Shown here: piece by piece, positions 54,791 to 64,000 of the stretch
Layout of the letters: the number at the start of each line of letters is the position of its first letter
How positions within the stretch are numbered: the stretch's first letter is position 1
Assembly: GCF_037042905.1 (NCBI RefSeq)
Contig: NC_087250.1
Span: 7,814,001 to 7,878,000 of the forward strand
Source of the DNA: Lytechinus pictus
Taxonomy: Eukaryota
Direction: 5' to 3'
DNA length: 64,000 bases
Made by a program: the position numbers and the translations under genes
The notes under the pieces: generated by a model
What the model was told of the DNA's origin: nothing
The model's input: the letters and a program-made list of their open reading frames with translations, nothing else
The model's database searches: none

Positions 54791-55022
54791 CACTCTGAAT
54801 TCCAAGGATTTAAAATAAATCCAGATCAGCTGTGAATAGTGACCAGCCGAATATTAGATTTAGATTTAAACCATGTTGATTTAGATATAAATCTAACAGA
54901 TTTGAATTTAAATCTTTTGAGATTTAAAAGTTAATCTTTAAGATTTAAAATAAATTCAAAATTCGGCTGGTCACTATTCACAGCCGATCTGGATTTATTT
55001 TAGATCCTTGGAGTTTAGAGTG
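54791..55022. mobile_element. Near-perfect palindromic MITE (CACTCT termini)
   Basis: ~60-bp TIRs: AAATCCAGATCAGCTGTGAATAGTGACCAGCCGAAT / ATTCGGCTGGTCACTATTCACAGCCGATCTGGATTT. Confidence 0.85.
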
Positions 55023-55785
55023 TGCAACAGAAAATAGGCTCAATTTTCTCTGATTGGGTTAATTCATCGGACCAGCAGCAGCAGGCTAAACGCTAATTTT
55101 CTCCTGGTGAAGACTCCTCTTATGATGAAAGCACCCATTCTCCATCCGCTCAGCCTTGATGCCTGGCGCTCACATCAAACACGTGAAAGGCTATTGTTAT
55201 ATTTTCATGCTCAGCCAAGAATCTTCTGATAGCATCACTGCCTTTGTCCGCGTACTGTATCGAGGTCAGATGAAGTCGTGTCGGGAGAAAACTGCGCAGT
55301 CATCTCCTTCATTACTGTCATATACTCTAGCATCAGTATTACCTAAGTCTCCTTTAGTTCAACATCACTCGCCAGTCATGTGCTGATCAAAAATGTTTTG
55401 GTCGCCATTTAGTTAAAAGTTTGCTCATAGTGATACATCCAAGTGGCATACTTCATTCTTCGCTCGTTATTTTTGAAGAGGTGGAATTGGATATCATTGT
55501 AGTGAGTTTGCTTTGACTCTCGGTATCATGTCATGTCAGTGCAAGAACGCCCTTAACAAACACATGTTCGCGCACCCCATTGGTGCAGAAACACCCTCAC
55601 GCAATGTGCTTACAGTTTATGCGTGCTGTCAAGAGTGATTTTGAGCGCATCGTGGTGTTAAAAGCGTTCTTGCACCGACACAACTATCTGTTGTCAGTGT
55701 GATGCATGTATTGGTGAATGTTGAGATGTTGTTCAAAATTTGAAAGGAAGCCAAGCAAACTGATTCAAATCTAACATCCCTAATT

Positions 55786-56095
55786 TGGAGTGTAATGTGG
55801 CCCAGTGGACTAGTCTTCAGACTTTGAAACAGTAGGTCATGGGTTCGAATCCCAGCCATGGCGTAATTCCTTCAGAGCAAGAAATTTATCCCCATTGTGT
55901 TGCACTCAACCCAGGTGAGGTAAATGGGTACCTGCTGGAAAGTAAAACCTTGAAATGCGTGTATGCTGTAAGTGATCACTGCCACCAAGCTAAAGCCGGG
56001 GTAATACTTATAATAACCAAGTCCTTTGGAAGCGCATAGAGACATTATAATGTGATATGCGCTATACAAGAACTGTTTATTTTTTTTAATTGTTA
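55786..56095 (+). mobile_element. tRNA-derived SINE, same family as 24480
   Basis: TGGCCCAGTGG, GGTTCGAATCCCAGCCATGGCGTAATT and a shared body. Confidence 0.85.
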
Positions 56096-56354
56096 TCATC
56101 CCTTTTCGTACTTCCATGTCCTGTCTGTCATCAATGCCCTGTAACATAAAGCCCAGCGATGGATCCAGGGGCTAATTTCCACGATTGATTCCATTGTGTT
56201 TTGTGTATGATCAATCGTAAAAATCAGCCCGTGATTAATCGCTAAGATTTTTGTAATGGGGGCCCGAGCATGTAACATCTCTATGTAGCAAATCAAGGTA
56301 ATTTTCTTTCAGATTGTACTAATAAACCATCTTTCTCTTCTTTTTCTTCCGCAG

Positions 56355-56394
56355 ATTTTGGCGAGAACATAGATTCCATCAACAACGACAGAAG
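56355..56394 (+). CDS. 40-nt exon (DFGENIDSINNDR)
   Basis: Strong acceptor ctttttcttccgcag|, donor aag|gtatgc. Phase 1 in and phase 2 out link exon 26748 to exon 59240 with no stop. Confidence 0.7.
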
Positions 56395-57664
56395 GTATGC
56401 ATGATATCACTTCCACCCCTTTCATGAATAATTTTTATACATATTTTTAAATTATATTATGGTTGAAGGCACACCTTATGTCTATTCCATGATCCGATTA
56501 TGGAACAAATCACATTATTCTCATTTTCTGATAATGGAAAGTATCTTTTTTATTTGAGGTTCAAAATAACTAAGTATACTATTATCACAATTTTAGATGA
56601 TTACAATTCTTTGTTTTGGAGTCAAGGCCAAATTTATTTCAAATCGCAGCCAGTCGTACGATTGCTATGCCATCATTATAAATAGATACTTTTTATTCTA
56701 ATAAGGATGATAGAATGGTCACAGGTTTGGACATAGGTATTTGTTCGGTGATGTAGAACATTACGCAGTATGATATTTCATGAATTCCATGGTTCAATAT
56801 TAGCCTCAAATTTTACTTTTATTCTAAAATCGGGTCACAGACCAATCGTAAGGTGTGCGTTGGCCTTTACATTAAACCAAATTTCAGACTTCAGGCCATG
56901 GAGTTTTGAGTTTGAAATCAATTTTCAAATATCTGTAAAACTATGTGTAAAGGGAAGATAAAACACACTGTAGTAGGAGTATTTCATGAATAGTTCTGAC
57001 AGTGATTTTGACTACTAATTTACTCTTAGCCAATCAGATGCAAGGATTTCAGTAGCTTATAACAATATATGGTGAAGATCACTGACTATTCATTTCATAA
57101 AAAGCTCCTCCATTCTTTCATGGATAAAGATGAACTCATCCCCCTATCATTTGTTCTTGAAAAAAAAAAGGAATAAAATGGAAAGCAATTTGGGGGCGTG
57201 AACTCAAGCATGCTATATAAACACCAAGTAATGGATGCCACGTCGGATGCAATTATATATGCCCTTTTTATCAGGGAGTAAACTCAATTCTTTGTTTATA
57301 CATCAACAGGATTATGTCATTTGGTATTAGAATCCTATGCAATATGATGAATATAATGATATCCTTCTGCGCGGGGCACCGGAGGGGAGGGGAGAGGGGG
57401 GGCACTGTCAGTACAAGGTGGACACCATCGTTGTCAAGAGAAGCACTCAAAAAGGCTTGTTTTTCACAGCCAGGCGATATATGTGGTACATTGAAAAGAG
57501 TACAAACTGTACTTTCAACAGCCCAGTGCACATACATAGTACTGTACATGTAGGGTGTGGAATAGGATATTCTGCATTTGGATGATTGTAATTGTATCAT
57601 TTTTAACTTGTAAACTGAATGTAATTCAGCCTATGGGCTGCTATGATCAGTGCATAATACCATA

Positions 57665-58285
<621 letters not shown>

Positions 58286-58978
58286 GTATTTCCTACTATC
58301 ATAGAAATGGAATATATAAGGCATTGTTTAGCATGGAAATTGGAAAACCATAAAAAAGCTTATAAAGGATACTCTGTTATGGCTCGGTGATCAAAGGATG
58401 ATTACTTGTCTAGGGACCATTCTGAAAGTCCAAGAACGAATATGGTGTCTGCTTTCTAATGACAGTGGCCCCCGGGGGCTATGCTATAAGGTGCATGGTC
58501 GATTGTGCGCTTTGCATTCATGCGCAAAATATTAATCACCCTATACATGTAGATGAATGATTAGCACCTGCAGGGCTAAATTGTTGTTCTTCGGCTTAAT
58601 ATCATATCAACTGGGGGTGTATCCTGGATTTAAGTGAGGAGAGGGCCCTATTTTTAAAAAAATGAGGGGAAAAAATGGAGAACAAAAAACACATGCAAGG
58701 TTATCAAGACTTGGAGGGAGCAGCTTCTTATCAAACATTTGTTAACTAGCAAAAAAATATCTAAAGTAGAAAAAATAAAATACAACTAAAATAGTGTGGG
58801 AGCATGGAGGGGGGGGGTGGGTCTGTGCCTGACACCAACTTGAAGAATGTAATTTTTGTCTTGAGTCAATAGGCGTATAATTCCTTTATGGTAACATTTT
58901 CTACCATCATGTTTGATTATGTTAGTCCCAAAATTATGATTTGGTGTGGAAAGGATCCACCAATCTTATAATATGAAA

Positions 58979-59195
58979 GGAGGCGCGATAGCTCAGTCGG
59001 TAGAGCGGGGATTCGTATTCCGGTGACCCGGGTTCGATTCCCACTTGGTGCGCTAGTGCCCTTTGGTAAGGCATTTATCCTCAGTACCAGGTCCTTCAGA
59101 GAGGACCTTAAGCCGTCGGTCCTCTGGTTGCTTGCTTACAAGCATTCATGCTTTCTTAGCAATCAGGTAAGAAATCACCACCAATCACCACCATA
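58979..59195 (+). mobile_element. tRNA-derived SINE, second family
   Basis: A-box TAGCTCAGTCGG and B-box GGTTCGATTCC, followed by a non-tRNA body (GTGCCCTTTGGTAAGGCATTT...) and a CACCAC tail. Confidence 0.8.
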
Positions 59196-59239
59196 TAATG
59201 TTTCTGATTATTTGTTTTGTTATTATGATTAATTTTCAG

Positions 59240-59958
59240 TATGGAAGGAAGTACTATAGAATCACCCAGACTAGTAGAAGCACCGATCTCTGCCTCGATG
59301 AACCAATCAGAAGAGAGCGCCCCGCCCAGTTTGATCCGTTCCTCAGACACACCCGAAGAATCAATGCAAGTAGAAGGAGGAACGAGCTCGGTCAAGTCAA
59401 GATTTGAAAGCGGAGACTTCCAAAATTCCACCCCTGCCAGCATAGCCACCAAGTCCATCAATATATACGACGCGCCTGCGGAGAAGGGCGTTGCAGAGAA
59501 CACTCCCGTGCGGAAGGAGGACATTTTCCATGCGGACGAAGCGCAGGAGGAGGTGAAGACCTCATCGGACGGGATCGGGAAGTTCAAGAGTATGTTTGAG
59601 GTGGGTGGAGTGACAAATCTAGAGGCCAAGACCAGTCGCGACCCTGTCAACGTCGGATCCCTCGCCGAGTATGAAAACACCACCGAGGGTCACGTAGCGG
59701 AGAGCACGCCGGTCATCAGAGACGATGTCATCAGGAGCTCGGATACATCGGAGGACCCTGGCATTAAGAGAGGCCTCTCGAAATCACTCAGGAATCGCTT
59801 CGAGACGGAGAGGATTTCAAACATTGAGGAGAAGCCAAGGGAAAAGATCGAGATCAGTAGGCCGGAAGAAAGGAGGGTTTATCAGCCTCCGCAGAAGCCG
59901 AAGCGTGAGGATGTCGTCAATGCAGAGTCTACGGCTGAGGATCCTGGGATCAAGTCAG
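59240..59958 (+). CDS. Large coding exon; acidic Ser/Glu-rich repeats (MEGSTIESPRL...EDPGIKS)
   Basis: Acceptor aattttcag|, donor cag|gttcgt; 239-codon GC-rich open frame; phase 1 out. Confidence 0.9.
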
Positions 59959-59997
59959 GTTCGTTCGAGCTTCTCTTGATTCATTTTACTCCTGCAC

Positions 59998-60300
59998 TCA
60001 AAGGGTTAAATTGGTACTCCGGGCTGAAAGTAAATTATGCATCTATAAAAGTAAATAGAGTAAAATGCTGAAAATTTCATCAAAACCTGATACCAAATAA
60101 AAATTATTGAATTTTAAACTTAAGCAATATTTTGTGTAAACAATTGTATGCACATCCTCATGAATATTCATTAGGTGGGCTGATGATGTCATATCCCCAC
60201 TTTCCTTTTACTTATGTTATTAAATGAAATCATTATTTTATTTTTTCGTACATGTGTGAATGATATGTCTCCCTTGTAATAATAATGAGTAGCAGCAATG
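59998..60300. mobile_element. MITE family B, partial
   Basis: CCGGGCTGAAA...AATGCTGAAAATTTCATCAAAA...GGTGGGCTGATGATGTCA. Confidence 0.7.
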
Positions 60301-60732
60301 AAAAGATGGAGGAGCTGGATGTAGTGGTTCTGACTCTCGCCTTGTAAATTAATTCATGAATTCATCATAAATTTAGACTCATGTTGTATCGTTTCATTTT
60401 CTTAAAGTATGAAAATGAATAGCAAATTAGTGATGGTAACCAATTTGAGGAGTTGCCAATTTGAGAAGCAAAGGAAGATTTAAACACACTCTTTATTGTC
60501 AACCCGATGAAACAAAATTAGTTTAAAAACTTTTGTTGAATTTTGATTGGTGTTATACCTATTCTTTATTTTTTCAAAGTATACAAAATTGAAAATGCAT
60601 ATAAAAATTATGATTGTTGCCAATTTGATGAATAAAAAAATATTAATTTTGAATCTAAGAAAGCTGTGTATCTCTATGGGTTAAAGCCTGTGTGAAAATA
60701 AATGTTTGAATGTTATGTGTATTCCCATATAG

Positions 60733-61049
60733 GACAAGCAAGGTCGCTCCGAAGTCTCTTCGAAAAGGGCAACGTCAGCAACGTGCCGGAGAAACCTCGA
60801 GCTGCTTTAGATCGTAGTCCTCGCTCTCTTGAAGACTACAAGATAGAGGATCAGGTCTCTGAGAGCACACCAACGAGAAAAGAGGACGTGGTCAGCTCGT
60901 CGACGACGTTGGACGAGCCGATGAAGTCCGCGGAGAGCACGCGGTCGCTGAAAAAGAGATGGGAGACCGGACAGGTCGAGAGGGTCCCGGAGAAGCCAAA
61001 GCCGTCACTAGAGAGGACGCCGCAGTCATTAGATAGTTACAGTATGACG
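60733..61049 (+). CDS. Coding exon (GQARSLRSLFEKG...SLDSYSMT)
   Basis: Acceptor cccatatag|, donor |gtaagt; phase 1 in, phase 0 out; same repeat motif. Confidence 0.9.
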
Positions 61050-61658
61050 GTAAGTCCAATAGACCAGGGGGGTGTTTCACAAAGATTTCAGTATGACTTA
61101 GAGTCGCACTTAATGGCTAGTTGCTTGCGGTGTAAAAGGCATAACCACATTGGTCAGATCGTGCAAAGAGGACCCGCACTACTGAGCATTGATCAATAAG
61201 ATTGTGCGTTGCGTTTCAGATCGCATCAGCATTTAAGTGCGATTTAAGTCCTACTTGTCCTTGTTGCATAAGAGTTACTATTATGGTAACTACCATGGTA
61301 ACGCTCATCAACAGCCAATCAAAATCAAGGATTCCAGACAAGTTACCACAATGGTAAGTTTTATGCAACGGGGCCCGGTCCTTGTTGCTAAGAGTTACTA
61401 CAATTGTAACTTTGCCATCGAACGTTGCACATGGAATCCTTGATTTTGATTGGCTATTGAGCATCGTCGCCATGGTAGTTGGGTAAATTTACCGTGAAAG
61501 TAACTATGGGACCCTGTTTTGTTGTTAGCTCATGAATACCCACAGATGTTTTAAGAACATGATGAATTCTTTTGGAGCACTTCTACTTAGGTGCTCACAA
61601 TGTAGAGTTACTTTATGATTCACTTGCTATCCTCTTCTGATAGAGAATACTTCCAGGC

Positions 61659-62327
61659 AGGGCGCTACATAAGCACTTTCCCGATTGCCCTGGGCAAGTA
61701 AAAGTTAGAGTCAGGCAAGTGTTTTGAAGTAAAGACCAAAACTACGTGCCCGAATTGGGCAAGCAAAATTCTCACAGTAGAATGACCAAAATTAGGGTTG
61801 ATATGATATGATATTGACCCTAATTTTGGTCACTTTGGAAAAAGAAATGCAAAAACAAGGTAGATCCGTTCATGTCAAAAGAGAGAAAAGGGTCAATGGT
61901 TTATAAAACCGCAAAATGCAAAATGCAAAATGCAAAAACAAGGTAGATCAGTTCATGTCAAAAGAGAGAAAAGGGTCAATGGTTTATAAAATGCAATAAC
62001 AAGGTAGATCAGTTCATGTCAAAAGAGAGAAAAGGGTCAATGGTTTATAAAAATGCAAAAACAAGGTAGATCAGTTCATGTCAAAAGAGAGAAAAGGGTC
62101 AATGGTTTATAAAATGCAATAACAAGGTAGATCAGTTCATGTCAAAAGAGAGAAAAGGGTCAATGGTTTATAAAACCGCAAAACTTTCTTTTGAAGAGGT
62201 AAAACATTTTTTTTCAAAGATTCGGGCAAGTGAAATAGATTTTGGGGCAAGTACATGTATATTCCAACTATTTAAAAATTTACTTGCCCGACAGGCAAGT
62301 GCTTCTAAAAAGTTATTGAGCACCCAG
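61659..62327. mobile_element. hAT-like element (CAGGGCG terminus, GGGCAAGT subterminal repeats) with an internal ~60-bp tandem array, about 5.5 copies (61846-62184)
   Basis: AAATGCAAAAACAAGGTAGATCAGTTCATGTCAAAAGAGAGAAAAGGGTCAATGGTTTATA repeated. Confidence 0.65.
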
Positions 62328-63301
62328 GATACACCATGGGTGAACAATAGACTGATTCTGTAGGACATTCAAATATTTGATGCACCTTTCAACTATTAAA
62401 ATCTTGAGGACTATTCACTTCACTTGTTTTGTTTAATCAGTGAGGCTCAGTGATTTGAATCCAGTTTGCATAAATTGAAAGCTGCTATGTCAGGCAACCC
62501 TATCTACCCATGCTCAGATATCAATGTCGCTTTTCGTTGTCATTCAGATTTTTCAGGTTGGAACATTCATTATAAAACGCTCCAAGACATTAAATGTGGA
62601 ATTCGATTGCAAATTGCTCGTTTAGTGCGGAAGTCTCGCTCAGTATGACAACACCATATAGACCTTTGCATTATTGCAATTACACAAGGTTCAGTAGCCC
62701 ATATTCCAGGATCCCACAGTCACGGAATATCCTGGAAAAATGTGTGGTCATGGAAAGTCGGGGAATAAGAAAAATTTGTGAAAAGTCATGGAATTGCATT
62801 AACCTCTTTGCTATGGCAGCTTTCCAGTTTGTCATGTCTCGTAACTTTCATACTCTGTGATCATACTCTGCTATTATAATTGGTGTTCATGATTTCCATT
62901 TTTCCCAGTTTTGTGATATCCCAGATTCTACATAACTCCCGGGACATCACGGGAAGTCATGGAAAGCAGCAATTTATTCATGGAAAAGTCATTGAATTCT
63001 GTGTTCAAATTTATGTGGGAACCTCGATATTGAGAAGTCTGGTTTAACTTAGATGATGGTCAAAGTCTGTGCTATAATTATGGGAAAGCAAAAATATAAA
63101 GAGTTTATTTGCATTGTTTCTTATATTGATTTTGCTGTTTACCCATGCTTAATAATAATGAAGAAAACAATTTTAGTTATTACATAAAAACCCAAGTCAG
63201 AACAATGGCCTATGTGTTTCTAAGGGAGATCTAGAGATTGATAGAGATGTCAACAAGTGGACTAAGATGGTGTATCTTTATCTCTTCTGTTTTATATTTA
63301 G

Positions 63302-63386
63302 ATGGTGATTTCGGAGAACACACCTGAAGAAAGAACTGATATTGTCAAGTCATCGGCAAGCAGCGATGACTATCTGACGTCGAAAG
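63302..63386 (+). CDS. Coding exon (MVISENTPEERTDIVKSSASSDDYLTSK); gene continues beyond the window
   Basis: Acceptor tttatatttag|, donor aag|gtatgc; phase 0 in; a further copy of the repeat motif. Not in the ORF track. Confidence 0.85.
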
Positions 63387-63553
63387 GTATGCAATATGGA
63401 TTCTACATAGAGTAGTATACAGAGAATACACATCTAGGGCATTAGTAAGAATTATATGCATGAGGTACGTTTGGAACTGTTCTAACATGCCCAAGGCATA
63501 GCTGAGGGTATTTGGACTTTATCATAGGTAACAAGTGAAGGCAATTATTCTCT

Positions 63554-64000
63554 TTAAAGGTCAAGTCCACCCAAGAAAAATGTTGATTTGAATAAATAGA
63601 GAAAAATCAAACCAGCAAAACGCTGAAAATTTCATCAAAATCGGATGTAAAATAAGAAAGTTATGACACTTTAAAGTTTTGCTTATTTTTCCCAAAACAG
63701 TGATATGCACAACTCAAATGAGACATTCGATGATGTCCCTCACTCACTATTTCTTTTGTTTTTTATTGTTTGAATTATACAATATATCATTTTTTATAGA
63801 TTTGAGAATAAGGACCAACTTGACTGAATCATATAATATTTAACAATGCTCATTCCACATGTTCGGGGAGGAATTGATCGTTGTTTCACTTGACAATGAT
63901 GAGAAAAATAGAATATTCCCTATTTCGTATAATAAAATACAAAAGAAATAGTGAGGGGATGACGTCATCAGTTTCCTCATTTGCATACTAACCAGGATGT
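63554..64000 (+). mobile_element. TTAA MITE family C, runs off the window
   Basis: TTAA-AGGTCAAGTCCACCC; collinear with 43095. Confidence 0.88.

Noticed and set aside
58979..59052. Functional tRNA gene
   Set aside because: The anticodon arm and acceptor stem do not pair convincingly, there is no terminator, and it continues into a SINE body.
59156..59683. 175-aa antisense ORF
   Set aside because: Shadow of the real + strand exon.
59959..60071. C-terminal extension of the 276-aa ORF (likewise 61050-61199)
   Set aside because: Lies past the splice donors and runs into MITE sequence.

Overview
This is AT-rich, intron-rich animal genomic DNA. The repeat repertoire looks like a sea urchin or other invertebrate deuterostome; that is an impression, not a database result. 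One + strand multi-exon locus spans the window and runs off both ends. I reconstructed it by hand from GT/AG sites and codon phases. It has an upstream coding exon (953-1221), a probable alternative first exon (ATG 6703), and two exons encoding a complete LIM domain of the LIMD2/EPLIN(LIMA1)/XIRP2 type (22991-23115, 26612-26748). These are followed by a short terminal exon with a long 3'UTR (30676-~34480) and, in compatible phase, downstream exons (56355, 59240, 60733, 63302) encoding a repeated 'E[S/N]TP..R.D[V/I]V.S......[K/R]S.[K/R]..[F/W]E' motif. Introns are packed with non-autonomous elements: TTAA-flanked Kolobok/T2-like MITEs, Harbinger-like, CMC-like, hAT-like and 8-bp-TSD elements, tRNA-derived SINEs and L2/CR1 3' relics, plus micro- and minisatellites. 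The most unusual item is a 265-bp insertion flanked by an 11-bp target duplication that begins with a minimal Penelope-type hammerhead ribozyme motif (52311-52351). Almost all other ORFs in the six-frame track are repeat artefacts. No searches were run, so family assignments come from recalled sequence signatures.
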